Of a DNA stretch of 64,000 nt, positions 1-13,552 are shown piece by piece (position 1 is the first letter of the stretch; each line of letters begins with the position of its first letter). Source of the DNA: Macrostomum lignano (lineage: Eukaryota); contig NIVC01001100.1 of NCBI GenBank assembly GCA_002269645.1, positions 1-64,000 on the forward strand, read 5' to 3'. The translations under genes and the position numbers were made by a program. A model generated the notes under the pieces. It did no database searches and was not told the DNA's origin. It saw only the letters and a list, made by a program, of their open reading frames with translations.

Positions 1-559
1 CAACAGCGCGCTCATCTGGCCGGCGCCGGCGCCAGCGAGTCCCGACCGACCTCGGCCGCCTCGTCCACCCTGACCGCTCGTCGGAGCCGCAGTCGCGGCC
101 GCGCAGCGCGGGCAGTCGGCGCGGCTCAAGTCGCAGCCGCAGTCGAAGCCGCGCCTCCTATGAAGCCGACGGCGACAGCGACTTCAACGATGTCGACGAC
201 GAAAATGACGATAGCGATGATGATGACGTCATCAACTGTCTGGATGACGACGTGTGAGCGGTAGCGCCCTTCGCTGAGAGCCGCTCATCTTCGGCTAAGG
301 AATTTTCGGCGCAATCGCGCCTCGAGCTCGGGACGAGCCGCCGTGCCGCATCCGCCGCTGCTCAATCGTTTGAACTGCCTGCCGTCGCAGATCGCGTCTC
401 TGTTCCCGGCGTGCCGCCAGTGTTGAACTTTGCCGGCGAAGGCGAGTACTTGGAATCGCTGCCTTCTGAACTGCGTCGACTGTTGAAATGGCGGCTGAGC
501 TCCATCACGCGCTGGTTGTCAAGCGCGTCATCGGCGGAGCGGCTTCAAGATATCGCAGA
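1..559 (+). CDS. TTLL4: TTLL4-like tubulin polyglutamylase, 5'-partial exon (frameshifted)
   Basis: Frames combine to SLFPGVPPVLNF...LPSELRRLLKWRLSSITPLVVKRVIGRSGFKISQ, matching the recalled TTLL4 pre-catalytic region. Needs single-base restorations at ~406, ~510, ~535. Donor GTGAG at 560. Confidence 0.75.
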
Positions 560-614
560 GTGAGGAGTGAATTGCTTTTGTTTTTTGTGCTATTTATGAT
601 CTCTGGGTGGGGTC

Positions 615-1045
615 TGTGTACAGTAGGTGTGCTCTGTGTACAGTAGGTGTGTTCTGTGTACAGTAGGTGTGCTCTGTGTACAGTAGGTGTGCTCTGTGTA
701 CAGTAGGTGTGCTCTGTGTACAGTAGGTGTGCTCTGTGTACAGTAGGTGTGTTCTGTGTACAGTAGGTGTGCTCTGTGTACAGTAGGTGTGCTCTGTGTA
801 CAGTAGGTGTGCTCTGTGTACAGTAGGTGTGTTCTGTGTACAGTAGGTGTGCTCTGTGTACAGTAGGTGTGCTCTGTGTACAGTAGGTGTGCTCTGTGTA
901 CAGTAGGTGTGCTCTGTGTACAGTACGCGAGTTCTGTGTACAGTAGGGGTGTTCTGTGTATAGTAGGTGTGTTCTGTGTACAGTAGGTGTGTTCTGTGCA
1001 GAGTAGGTGTGCACTGTGTACAGTAGGTGTGCTCTGTGTATAGTA
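615..1045. repeat. 20-bp minisatellite
   Basis: (GTACAGTAGGTGTGCTCTGT)n in a TTLL4 intron. Confidence 0.95.
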
Positions 1046-1108
1046 GTTTTCTCTCTGTAGCTACTTTAAAAAGCTGTAAAACTCTTGTCAACGTGTTTGC
1101 TGTTGCAG

Positions 1109-1141
1109 AGACTGAACCTGGCGATGATCTGGAATCAGTTG
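1109..1141 (+). CDS. TTLL4: TTLL4-like candidate 33-nt cassette microexon
   Basis: TTGCAG acceptor, GTAAGC donor, phase 1-1, encodes KTEPGDDLESV in frame with both neighbours. Confidence 0.55.
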
Positions 1142-1319
1142 GTAAGCTGTCTGCGATCTGTAATGTCCAATGCTCGTAAATGTCAACATGACCCACTCAT
1201 TGCTTTATTGGTAGATCTTTCTAATTCAATTCTCAAAAATGAGAAAAGATTGTCTATATTTCTAGACACTTTAGTTTCACCATCTTGATATCTGCTCATT
1301 ATCTACCGGTAGATGTCTA

Positions 1320-2200
1320 TTAAGTCTCCATCTAGATGTCTACTCCCACAATCTAAATGTCTAATCTTTATCTAGGTGTCTGCTCTCACTGTCTAGATGT
1401 CTGCTCTTACTATCTAGATACAACTCTCACTATTTAGATGTACACTCTCACTAGCTAGATGTCTACTCTCACTGTCTAGATGTCTGCTCTCACTATCTAG
1501 ATGTCAACTCTCACTATTTAGATGTACACTCTCACTAACTAGATGTCTACTCTCACTGTCTAGATGTCTGCTCTCACAATCTAGATGTCTACTCTCACTA
1601 TTTAGATGGATACTCTCACTCGCTAGATGTCTACTCTCACTGTCTAGATGTCTGCTCTCACTTTCTAGATGTCAACTCTCACTATTTAGATGTACACTCT
1701 CACTAGCTAGATGTCTACTTTCACTGTCTAGACCTCTGCTCTCACTATCTAGATGTCAACTCTCACTATTTAGATGTACACTCTCACTAGCTAGATGTCT
1801 ACTTTCACTGTCTAGACCTCTGCTCTCACTATCTAGATGTCAACTCTCACTATTTAGATGTATACTCTCACTAGCTAGATGTCTACTCTCACTGTCTAGA
1901 TGTCGACATCTACTCACTGTCTAGATGTCTACTCACTATCTTCATGTCTTCTCTCACTATCTACGAGCTAGATATCTACTATCACCATCTAGATGTCTAC
2001 TCACTATCTAGACGTCTACTCTCACTATCTAGATGTCTACTCTCACTATCTAGATATCTACTCTCACTATCTAGATATCTACTCTCTCTTTATAGATATC
2101 TACTATCGCCATCTAGATGTCTACTCACTATCTAGACGTCTACTCTCACTATCTAGATGTCTACTCTCACCAACTAGATGCCTAATCTCACCAAATAGAT
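1320..2200. repeat. Degenerate ~21-22-bp minisatellite
   Basis: (CTAGATGTCTACTCTCACTAT)n. Confidence 0.9.
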
Positions 2201-2835
2201 TTCTACCCTCACCAACTCGAGGTAACAATTATCCTATCTTGAGATCTACTCTAATTGTCTAGATGTCGAACCTCTGACTAATACCATATCTCAACCAGTG
2301 TCCTTGCATCGTTCCCTCTAATCAGAGTTACCCAGCTTCAAATTTAGACACGGGTGGAAAGATTTATCACGGAATTTGCCTTTCCCGTGTGTCAGGTCCG
2401 CACCTCCATCCCCAGCAACTGCCGCTAAGTCCCGGCCTCGAAGCACGCACCAGGCGACTCAATCCGCCCACGAGTTCCACAATTCTAGCTCATCCTCTAA
2501 TCCGCTTAATCCCTAACCAGCATTGCCTTACCTTCCCGAGGCTGTAAATGAAAAAGAAATCCCCGCCTTGAGCTGCCCAGAGCTTTGGGGCATCAGGCCT
2601 GCTCTGCTAACAATATCTGTCTCACTAATTAATGCGATCGACTGCCCGCTTATTTCGGCAGGTTAAAGAGGAAGGAAGTGGAAGAGAGGAAGAGGGAGAG
2701 AGTGGAGAGGCACAGTCTGACTAGGAGAGGCGGCTGGAAAAGTGCAATAACACAAATTATTTTGTTAGTATTTGCTTAGTTCTGCACTTTTAAATTATGC
2801 ATAAAATATATATTTATATCATCTCTGCGATTCAG

Positions 2836-2912
2836 AATCTGATGATTGGCTCGGCTACTTTGGCAAGCACATGAAGCCGAACGGATTTCGCACTATTCGA
2901 GAATACCAAAAG
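2836..2912 (+). CDS. TTLL4: TTLL4-like exon
   Basis: SDDWLGYFGKHMKPNGFRTIREYQK resembles TTLL4 NDDWLGCWGHHMKSPSFRSIREHQK; TTCAG acceptor, GTAAAG donor. Confidence 0.85.
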
Positions 2913-3027
2913 GTAAAGAGAACATGAGTTGACGCTTTTTTATAAATTTGCTTTTTATTTTGTGAGAAGTCATGACTGCCTGCGGACACGCGCTATTGGT
3001 CGCCTAAAATTGCTCTGTTTAAAAAGA

Positions 3028-3495
3028 GGAATCGCCCCTCTCTGAGAATCGCCCCTCCCTAAGAATCGCCCTATCATAGAATCGCCTTTCCCTAAGAATC
3101 GCCCTTCCCTAAGAATCGCCCCTCCTTGAGAATCGCCCCTCCCTAAGAATAGCCCCCCTAAGAATCGCCCCTCCCTAAGAATCGCCCCTCCCTGAGAATC
3201 GCCCCTCCCTAAGAATCGCCCCTCCCTAAGAATCGCCCCTCCCTGAGAATCGCCCTCGCCCCTCCCTAAGAATCGCCCTCCCATAGAATCGCCCCTCCCT
3301 AAGAATCGCCCCTCCCTGAGAATCGCCCCTCCCTGAGAATCGCCCTTCCCTGAGAATCGCCCCTCCCTGAGAATCGCCCCTCCCTGAGAATCGCCCTTCC
3401 CTGAGAATCGCCCCTCCCTGAGAATCGCTTATGCCTTAGAACGGCCCCTCCCTAATTAATCGTCCTCTCTTTGAGAATCTCCCCTCTAAGAATCG
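3028..3495. repeat. 17-bp minisatellite
   Basis: (GAATCGCCCCTCCCTAA/GA)n. Confidence 0.95.
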
Positions 3496-4061
3496 CCGGT
3501 CTGTCTGATAGCGCCAACCGTAGAATTGAAGCTAAAAGGACACACGCATAAATGATTGAATTGGGGGTGGGGGGAACTGACTGGACTCTGGGAATCCGGA
3601 TATTTTCGAGTGGAATTCTAGATGCGGGTAGCTTTAGGTTGTCCAAATTGTCACAGGCCTTTTTTTCTCTTCATCACTTGCACTCTCGGCCCGAGTCGGC
3701 ATCAGAAGGACGCTCGATCTTATCTTTAACTACTCTCCTGGCAATTCTGCCGCTCCCTAACTGCCCCGCTATTTATCTATCGATTTTTTTAGTCCCATCG
3801 CTATGTTAGGCTTTCTCTCTCCTAAAGTCAATGTTTGAGCAAAATGATTTGCAAACTTTCCTATCAGCTCTATTATTTCTACCGTACTCTTACTTAGAAA
3901 GTGCATTACTATTGTTACAGTAATTTCTGAAGAATATTTAAACACCGGGATTGACTTTCTTCTATGGTAAAGTATTCATTCTCTGAAATATAATAAAATG
4001 AGATTACTGGGTAATGGACTGTTGAATTATTGACTGTAGTTGGGTAATAATATAATTCTTG

Positions 4062-5190
4062 ATTCTGTAACACAGCAACTGGATTCTGTAATATTACAGC
4101 AACTGGGATTCTGTAATATTACAGCAACTGGATTCTGTAATATTGCAGCAACTGGGATTCTGTAATATTACAGCAACTGGGATTCTGTAATATTGCAGCA
4201 ACTGGGATTCTGTAATATTACAGCAACTTGGATTCTGTAATATTGCAGCAACTGGGATTCTGTAATATTGCAGCAACTGGGATTCTGTAATATTGCAACT
4301 GGATTCTGTATTATTACTGTAACTGGGATTCTGTAATACAGCAACTGGATTCTGTATTATTACTGTAACTGGGATTCTGTAATATAGCAACTGGAATATG
4401 TAATATTACAGTAACTGGGATTCTGTAATACAGCAACTGGATTCTGTAATACTACAGTAACTGGGATTCTGTAATACAGCAACTGGAATCTGTAATATTA
4501 CAGTAACTGGAATTCTGTAATACAGCAACTGGAATCTGTAATATTACAGTAACTGGGATTCTGTAATACAGCAACTGGAATCTGTAATATTACAGTAACT
4601 AAGATTCTGTAATACAGCAACTGGAATCTGTAATATTACAGTAACTGGGATTCTGTAATATTACAGTAACTGGGATTCTGTAATACAGCAACTGGAATCT
4701 GTAATATTACAGTAACTAAGATTCTGTAATACAGCAACTGGAATCTGTAATATTACAGTAACTGGGATTCTGTAATACAGCAACTGGAATCTGTAATATT
4801 ACGGTAACTAAGATTCTGTAATACAGCAACTGGAATCTGTAATATTACAGTAACTGGGATTCTGTAATACAGCAACTGGAATATGTAATATTACAGTAAC
4901 TGGGATTCTGTAATATTACAGTAACTGGGATTCTGTAATACAGCAACTGGAATATGTAATATTACAGTAACTGGGATTCTGTAATACAGCAACTGGAATC
5001 TGTAATATTACGGTAACTAAGATTCTGTAATACAGCAACTGGAATCTGTAATATTACAGTAACTGGGATTCTGTAGTACAGCAACTGGAATCTGTAATAT
5101 TACAGTAACTGGGATTCTGTAGTACAGCAACTGGATTCTGTAATATTACAGTAACTGGCATTCTGTGACATTACGGCTACTGGATTCTGT
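4062..5190. repeat. ~21-25-bp minisatellite with a 14-bp palindrome
   Basis: CTGTAATATTACAG(C/T)AACTGGGATT units. Confidence 0.95.
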
Positions 5191-5547
5191 ATATGTCTTC
5201 TATATTACGCATATTTAATTACAAGTTCGCGCGGGCTTGTGCAATTAATAAAGCAATCCCTCACAGCCCGAGCTTCTTAGCTTACATATCGCTGCAGATT
5301 CATCTTTTGATTAAGCCATAATTTAATAATAGTATGCTTTACATGCATTGTATATCAATTTGCAGCTGATTGGTTATTATTGTAAATCTCAGTAAAGGCA
5401 TTTAGACCGAATGATAATGTCTTACTCTTATTAAAGAGGAGTAGCGTTAGTAAAAGTGTACCGCAAGTGTACATGTATGCATTTCCAGATGTAAAAACTG
5501 TGTACATTTTCTGTTGTTTACAGGGTGTGCATTCCAGGGTGTACATA

Positions 5548-5940
5548 GTGCGTACGTTGCCAGTGTACATAGTCGGGTATACATATTATGTACATAGTTG
5601 GTTTACATAGTGTGTACGTTGCCAGTGTACATAGTCGGATATACATATTATGTACATAGTTGGTTTACATAGTGTGTACGTTGCCAGTGTACATAGTCGG
5701 GTATACATTATGTACATGTTGGTTTACATAGTGTGTACATCATCAGGTGTGGATATCTTGTACAGTGCCAGATGTACATATCGTGTACAGTGCCATATGT
5801 ACATAGTGTGTACATTACCGGGTGTACATAGTGCGTACATTTCCAGGTGTACATAGTGTGTACATTTCCAGGTGTACATAGTGCGTACATTACCGGGTAA
5901 ACATAGTGTGTACATTACCAGGTGTACATAATGCGTACAT
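5548..5940. repeat. TGTACA-rich degenerate minisatellite
   Basis: GTGTACATAGTG(T/C)GTAC units ending about 20 nt before the acceptor at 5959. Confidence 0.88.
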
Positions 5941-5959
5941 TGCCGCGCCTCTCCCACAG

Positions 5960-6415
5960 GTGAACCACTTTCCCGGCAGCTTCATCCTGGCCGAAAGGAC
6001 CGCCTATGGAAGGGTCTGCAGCGAATGCAGCGATTGCACGGTCGCAAAGCGTTCGGCTTCGCCCCCACCACCTACTGCCTGCCGGGCGACCTGAAGGAGT
6101 TCAAAGCCGCGTGGACGCCGCCTCAGTCGGCACGGCGCAGCAACAGCAGCAGCGCTGGATTATCAAACCGCCCGCCAGCGCCAGGGGCATCGGCATCCGG
6201 GTGGTGAACAAGTGGCAGCAGATACCCAAGAAGCGGCCTGTAATAGTGCAGACTTACCTGTCTCGGCCCTACCTGATCAACGGCAGCAAGTTCGATTTAA
6301 GAATCTACGTCTATGTTACTTCGTTCGAGCCGTTGAAGGTCTACGTGCACGAGCAGGGTCTGGTCCGCTTTGCCAGCGTGCAGTACAGCCAGTCCAGCAA
6401 GACCCTTGGCAATAG
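5960..6415 (+). CDS. TTLL4: TTLL4-like exon, TTL catalytic domain (two -1 frameshifts)
   Basis: VNHFPGSF-GRKDRLW...WIIKPPASARGIGI...VQTYLSRPYLINGSKFDLRIYVYVTS; missing G at ~5989 and ~6113. Exon length 456+2 restores splice phase. Confidence 0.9.
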
Positions 6416-6517
6416 GTGAGGATTCACCTAATAAGATATTTGCAACTGCTCTCTCAACTTCCTAAATAAGTGACTCTTGCGCCACCAAAGTTCACGCGAT
6501 TCACGCCGATGATGGTC

Positions 6518-7615
6518 CATGAGAATCGGCCTCTAATCTCCATGAGAATCGGCCTCTAATCTCCATGAGAATCGGCCTCTAATCTCCATGAGAATTGGCC
6601 TCTTAACTCCATGAGAATCGGCCTCTTAACTCCATGAGAATCAGCCTCTAATCTCCATGAGAATCGGCCTCTAATCTCCATGAGAATCGGCCTCTAATCT
6701 CCATGAGAATTGGCCTCTTAACTCCATGAGAATCGGCCTCTTAACTCCATGAGAATCAGCCTCTAATCTCCATGAGAATCGGCCTCTAATCTCCGTGAGA
6801 ATCGGCCTCTAATCTCCATGAGAATTGGCCTCTTAACTCCATGAGAATCGGCCTCTTAACTCCATGAGAATCAGCCTCTAATCTCCATGAGAATCGGCCT
6901 CTAATCTCCATGAGAATCGGCCTCTAATCTCCATGAGAATTGGCCTCTTAACTCCATGAGAATCGGCCTCTAATCTCAATGAGAATCGGCCTCTAACCTC
7001 CATGAGAATCGGCCTCTAATCTCCATGAGAATCGCCCTCTAACCTCCATTAAAATCGCCCTCTAGTCTCCATGAGAATCGCCCTCTAACCTCCATTAAAA
7101 TCGCCCTCTAGTCTCCATGAGAATCGGCCTCTAACCTTCATGAGAATCGGCCTCTAACCTCCATGAGAATCGGCCTCTAACCTCCATGAGAGTCGGCCGC
7201 TAATCTCCATGAGAATCGGCCTCTAACCTCCATTAAAATCGCCTTCTAATCTCCATGAGAATCGGCCTCTAGCCTCCATTAAAATCGCCCTCTAGTCTCC
7301 ATGAGAATCGCCCTCTAGTCTCCATGAGAATCGGCCTCTAACCTCCATGAGAATCGGCCTCTAAACTCCATGAGAATCGGCCTCTAAACTCCATGAGAAT
7401 CGGTCTCTAACCTCCATGAGAATCTCTTTTTAAACTCCACGAGAATCACCTTCTCAACTCCATGAGAATCGCCTTCTCAACTCCACGAGAATCACCTTCT
7501 CAACTCCACGAGAATCACCTTCTCAACTCCATGAGAATCGCCTTCTCAACTCCATGAGAATCGCCTTCTCAACTCCACGAGAATCACCTTCTCAACTCCA
7601 TGAGAATCGCCCTCC
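6518..7615. repeat. 23-bp minisatellite
   Basis: (CCATGAGAATCGGCCTCTAATCT)n. Confidence 0.95.
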
Positions 7616-7641
7616 AAACTGCCACCCCATTCTCCGCCCAG

Positions 7642-8181
7642 GTTCATGCACCTGACCAACTACAGCGTGAACAAGCACAGCGCCTCCTACACAAACGGAA
7701 ACCCAACCGGCTCAGCTAACTCTGGCAGCAAAGGCGGCGGCGGCAGTGCTGATGGCGAAGGCCACAAGTGGAGCCTGCAATCTCTGTGGGCTTACCTGCG
7801 CCGTTGCGGCCAGAGTCCCGAACGAGTGTGGGACTCGATCAAGGACCTGGTGGCTAAAACTATGATTAGCGGCGAGTCGCATATAGCCGCTCAAGTTCGG
7901 TTGCTATGCCGCAGGCAGTACTGCGTGCACGAACTATTCGGTCTGGATGTACTTTTAGATGACCAACTGCAGCCCTGGCTGCTCGAGGTTAATATTTCTC
8001 CGTCTCTGCACAGCAACTCACCGTTGGACGTTCGAGTCAAAGGTGCCATGGTGACCGACTTGATGAGGCTGGCCGGGTTCCAGCTGCCAACTGGGCCGCC
8101 CTGGCCAGATGACTACAGCCCGACTGAGGAGGAGAGAGCGAAGCGAGTCTATCATACGGAGCAGAAGGCCTGGCAGGATAG
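7642..8181 (+). CDS. TTLL4: TTLL4-like exon, TTL catalytic domain
   Basis: FMHLTNYSVNK...ELFGLDVLLDDQLQPWLLEVNISPSLH hallmark TTL motifs; phases match both neighbours. Confidence 0.92.
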
Positions 8182-8449
8182 GTTCGTTGTCACGGAGTGT
8201 TGTGATCCCTGATTGAGGATTTGGGATGTGTTGCGATGTGTTGGGATCCCTGAATGAGTATTTAGAATGTGTTGGGATCCTCAATGAGGTGTTGGGATGT
8301 GTTGGGATCCCTCATTAAGGAATTGGGATGTGTTGGGATCCCTAATTGAGGATTTGGGATCTGGGAGGCTGGCCCAGCAACTGAGGATCTGGGACGTGAG
8401 AAAACTCACGCCATCGCGCCACCAGCTCTGCACCCTTCGATTCCCGCAG

Positions 8450-8726
8450 ACTGGGCAGCCTGCTGGACTGCCTGACGCCGTCCGACATTCGCTGTCTGGC
8501 GCACTCGCTGGACGAGTTCGGCCGGGCCGGTGGCTTCCAGCGAATCCTGCCGGTTGGCGGGGACCGGGGCCTGCAGTACCTGCGCTACATGGACCAGCCC
8601 AGGTACTCCAACCTGCTGCTGCACTGCTTTCTCACCTGTCACGGCCGGCGCGAAGGAATCGAACTCGTATCGGCTTTATGGCGCCGAGGCGCGCACCTGC
8701 CAGGCGGCGCCAGCAGGTCGTCTTGA
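8450..8726 (+). CDS. TTLL4: TTLL4-like terminal exon
   Basis: LLDCLTPSDIRCLAHSLDEFGRAGGFQRILP...YLRYMDQPRYSNLL resembles the TTLL4 C-terminal part; CCCGCAG acceptor; TGA at 8724-8726. Confidence 0.85.
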
Positions 8727-8827
8727 AGCGCGCCGAGAAATGGCGCCATTGGATGAAAAAGAATCTCAACGAGTTGGCTTCAACTGCGTGAATCCTCAGT
8801 GCCGAATTTTCAGATTAAGTGCGACTT

Positions 8828-9275
8828 GGGATCAGAGCGTGAATGAGGATCAGGTGTGAATGGGGATCAGTGGTGTGAATGGGGGATCAGTGGTGTGAAT
8901 AGGGGATCAGTGGTGTGAATGGGGGATCAGTGGTGTGAATGGGGGATCAGTGGTGTGAATAGGGGATCAGGGTGTGAATGGGGGATCAGTGGTGTGAATG
9001 GAGGATCAGTGGTGTGAATGGAGGATCAGTGGTGTGAATAGGGGATCAGTGGTGTGAATGGAGGATCAGTAGTGTGAATAGGGGATCAGTGGTGTGAATG
9101 GGGGATCAGGGTGTGAATGGAGGATCAGGGTGTGAATGGGGGATCAGGGTGTGAATGGAGGATCAGGGTGTGAATGGGGGATCAGGGTGTGAATGGGGGA
9201 TCAGGGTGTGAATGGGGGATCAGGGTGTGAATAGGGGATCAGGGTGTGAATAGGGGATCAGGGTGTGAATGGGGG
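8828..9275. repeat. 18/20-bp minisatellite
   Basis: (GGATCAG(TG)GTGTGAATGG)n downstream of TTLL4. Confidence 0.93.
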
Positions 9276-9894
9276 GTCAAACCAGATTTCGAAACGACCT
9301 TTTGCAGTTAGTATATTTTGACACAGAATTCAACTATGATTTGCGATGATTTCCTGTCTTTCGAAGGATCCAGTTATCTCGTGAATCTCAGCTTTCCCCT
9401 CGGCACTGTGAACAGATCCTAGCCGAGTTATGTGTGATGACCTTCTCTTGTATCTAAAGGGCTTTCAACCTCTTGTTATTTAAGAAAAGTATGCATTGCA
9501 GATTCCAAGTGAATTTTGCTGGTACACGTACGCTCAGATTTTATTGAATATTTATAACTGTTCTTGCATCGAATTATGTGATTGATATTTTCTCTTCTTG
9601 TTTTCCACTTGAGATAGCTTTTACTATATATGAAAGGTATGAGATAATGCTTTAAACTTTTTTTGGAAAATAAATTGACGAACTTATAAAAAAGAAGTGC
9701 ACAATTTACTTACTCAATTAAGAGATAATTAATAATTGTAATAAAAAACAACCCAGGATTTGACATGAACATTTGATTATATTTGAAGTAAACGCCATGG
9801 GTAACTATGCCTCTATTTTAGTAAGTATTCGGCTCGTCACCTAATTGGCGCTTTGCTTATATAAGCTATAGGTTGCGAGAGGCTTCAGAATAAT

Positions 9895-10735
9895 TTGGAT
9901 CCTTGTCTGAGGATTTGGGATATTTTGGATCGGTAACCGAGGATTTAAGATATTTGGAATCACTATATCTGAGGATTTGAGATATTTGGAATCGCTATCT
10001 GAGGATTTGGGATATTTGGGACCGCTGACTCAGGATTCGGGACATCTAGGATCGCTATCTGAGGATTTGGAATATTTGGGATTGCTACGAGTTAACTGAG
10101 GATTTGGGATATTTGGGATCGCTATCTGAGGATTCGGGATATTTGGGATCGCTATCTGAGGATTCGGGATATTTGGGATCGCTATCTGAGGATTCGGGAT
10201 ATTTGGGATCGCTATCTGAGGATTTGGGATATTTGGGATCGCTATCTGAGGATTTGGGATCGCTATCTGAGGATTTGGGATATTTGGGATCGCTATCTGA
10301 GGATTCGGGATATTTGGAATCGCTATCTGAGGATTTGGGATATTTGGGATCGCTATCTGAGGATTTGGGATCGCTATCTGAGGATTCGGGATATTTGGGA
10401 TCGCTATCTGAGGATTCGGGATATTTGGGATCGCTATCTGAGGATTTGGGATATTTGGGATCGCTATCTGAGGATTTGGGATCGCTATCTGAGGATTAGG
10501 GATATTTGGGATCGCTATCTGAGGATTCGGGATATTTGGAATCGTTATCTGAGGATTTGGGATATTTGGGATCGCTATCTGAGGATTTGGGATCGCTATC
10601 TGAGGATTCGGGATATTTGGGATCGCTATCTGAGGATTTGGGATATTTGGGATCGCTATCTGAGGATTTGGGATCGCTATCTGAGGATTAGGGATATTTG
10701 GGATCGCTATTTGAGGATTCGGGATTGCTAACCGA
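9895..10735 (+). repeat. 30/21-bp satellite, family A
   Basis: GAGGATTTGGGATATTTGGGATCGCTATCT with a 21-bp deletion variant. Confidence 0.95.
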
Positions 10736-11010
10736 GAAGTTAGGATATTTGGCAGAAAAGCAGGTAGCCAACCTACATTTCAAACCTACAGCTCAATAAC
10801 TCACCACCCGAAAAAATGTAAAAGGCGCAGAGATAACTGTTTAATTACAAGGCGCGAGGGGGAACTGAGCACTCACAGTTTGAGCACAACTGACACACCT
10901 ATTATTAATCAACTACGCACCTACAAGCCTGAGCACCCGAGACAAGAAAATGCATTAGAAAAATTGCGAGGTACAACAATGCGCATGGATTGGCCAAGGT
11001 CACCACAAGG

Positions 11011-11529
11011 TCACAGATCCAGGACGCCCGAATCGGCAGAGCTGGCCTTCAAGCCGGCATTTGGAGGCGGCGGCGAGATCAAACGGACAGCCAGCCGGCC
11101 GCTGTTCCACGGAGCCTGTAGCAGCAGCGGCCGGAAGTCCTGCGGCAGCGGCCTCTCGACGCCTTCGTCGGTGGCCACCACGAGCTCGTAGGCGGAGGCC
11201 GGCGGCGAGTCCAGGCCGGCGGTTTCCACTGCCAGCCGGCAGACGTCGCGAGCTCGAGTCGTCTGGCTAAGCGACAGAGCCAGTTCGAGGTTGTCGAATT
11301 GGACTCGGAAACTGCGAGACTGTGGCTCGGCAGCTGGAGGCGGGGGAGGCGGTTGCGCGGGTTTCAATGTGGCTACTTGCAGTAGCGAGCTGAGCGAAAT
11401 GCAGCACCGACTGCCGGCCCGCCTGGAGTCGGCGATGGCGTCGGCGGTCCAGCCAGCTGCCCGGGTCATGGCCTCGGCCTGGGCCTGCAGCGCCTGGATG
11501 AGCAGGTTTAGAGTGTACAATTGTCTGCG
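11011..11529 (-). CDS. ANKFN1: ANKFN1/wide-awake-like gene, last exon (Ras-association domain)
   Basis: WTADAIADSR resembles ANKFN1 WIMDALQYAR; ERPLPQDFRPLLLQAPWNSGRLAVR resembles the Wake/Banderuola RA tail; CTCTAG acceptor, phase 0. Confidence 0.75.
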   Translation of the reverse strand, partial: RRQLYTLNLLIQALQAQAEAMTRAAGWTADAIADSRRAGSRCCISLSSLLQVATLKPAQPPPPPPAAEPQSRSFRVQFDNLELALSLSQTTRARDVCRLAVETAGLDSPPASAYELVVATDEGVERPLPQDFRPLLLQAPWNSGRLAVRLISPPPPNAGLKASSADSGVLDL

Positions 11530-11568
11530 CTAGAGTCTACTAATAAACAGTAGTAACTGAGGAATTCC

Positions 11569-11607
11569 CTAACTAACTAACTAACTAACTAACTGACTAA
11601 CTAACTG

Positions 11608-11670
<63 letters not shown>

Positions 11671-11691
11671 GACTAACTAACTAACTAACTG

Positions 11692-11750
<59 letters not shown>

Positions 11751-11751
11751 G

Positions 11752-11787
<36 letters not shown>

Positions 11788-11788
11788 G

Positions 11789-11870
<82 letters not shown>

Positions 11871-11875
11871 GACTG

Positions 11876-11914
<39 letters not shown>

Positions 11915-11947
11915 GACTGACTAACTAACTAACTAACTAACTAACTG

Positions 11948-11978
<31 letters not shown>

Positions 11979-12015
11979 GACTAACTGACTAACTGACTGA
12001 CTAACTGACTAACTG

Positions 12016-12050
<35 letters not shown>

Positions 12051-12051
12051 G

Positions 12052-12115
<64 letters not shown>

Positions 12116-12175
12116 GCTAACTAACTAACTGACTAACTAACTAACTAACTGACTAACTAACTAACTAACTAACTG

Positions 12176-12214
<39 letters not shown>

Positions 12215-12241
12215 GACTAACTAACTAACTAACTAGCTAAA

Positions 12242-12326
<85 letters not shown>

Positions 12327-12351
12327 GACTGACTAACTAACTAACTAACTG

Positions 12352-12410
<59 letters not shown>

Positions 12411-12475
12411 GACTAACTGACTAACTGACTGACTAACTGACTAACTGACTAACTAACTAACTAACTAACTAACTG

Positions 12476-12515
<40 letters not shown>

Positions 12516-12575
12516 GCTAACTAACTAGCTAACTAACTAACTGACTAACTAACTAACTAACTAACTAACTGACTG

Positions 12576-12627
<52 letters not shown>

Positions 12628-12655
12628 GCTAACTAACTAGCTAACTAACTAACTG

Positions 12656-12694
<39 letters not shown>

Positions 12695-12695
12695 G

Positions 12696-12731
<36 letters not shown>

Positions 12732-12804
12732 GCTAACTAACTAACTGACTAACTAACTAACTAGCTAACTAACTAACTAGCTAACTAACTAGCTAACTAA
12801 CTAG

Positions 12805-12855
<51 letters not shown>

Positions 12856-12880
12856 GCTAACTAACTAGCTAACTAACTAG

Positions 12881-12930
<50 letters not shown>

Positions 12931-13027
12931 TAACTTAACTAACTAACTGACTAACTAACTAACTAACTAACTAACTAACCTAACTAACTAACTAACTGAC
13001 TAACTAACTAACTAGCTAACTAACTAG

Positions 13028-13074
<47 letters not shown>

Positions 13075-13126
13075 GCTAACTAACTAGCTAACTAACTAGC
13101 TAACTAACTAACTAACTAACTGACTG

Positions 13127-13182
<56 letters not shown>

Positions 13183-13207
13183 GCTAACTAACTAGCTAAC
13201 TAACTAG

Positions 13208-13258
<51 letters not shown>

Positions 13259-13283
13259 GCTAACTAACTAGCTAACTAACTAG

Positions 13284-13345
<62 letters not shown>

Positions 13346-13375
13346 GACTAACTAACTAACTAGCTAACTAACTAG

Positions 13376-13474
<99 letters not shown>

Positions 13475-13494
13475 GCTAACTAACTAGCTAACTT

Positions 13495-13537
<43 letters not shown>

Positions 13538-13552
13538 GACTAACTAACTAAC
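11569..13552. repeat. ~2-kb (CTAA)n/(TTAG)n microsatellite
   Basis: About 500 units with CTGA/CTAG variants, filling ANKFN1 intron 3. Confidence 0.98.

Noticed and set aside
250-260. In-frame TGA in the TTLL4 5' exon as selenocysteine or readthrough
   Set aside because: The exon already has several -1 errors; another indel explains it more simply, and no SECIS was seen.
11569-13552. (TTAG)n as interstitial telomere
   Set aside because: Not TTAGGG or TTAGG; starts exactly at a splice donor and behaves as an ordinary tetranucleotide microsatellite.
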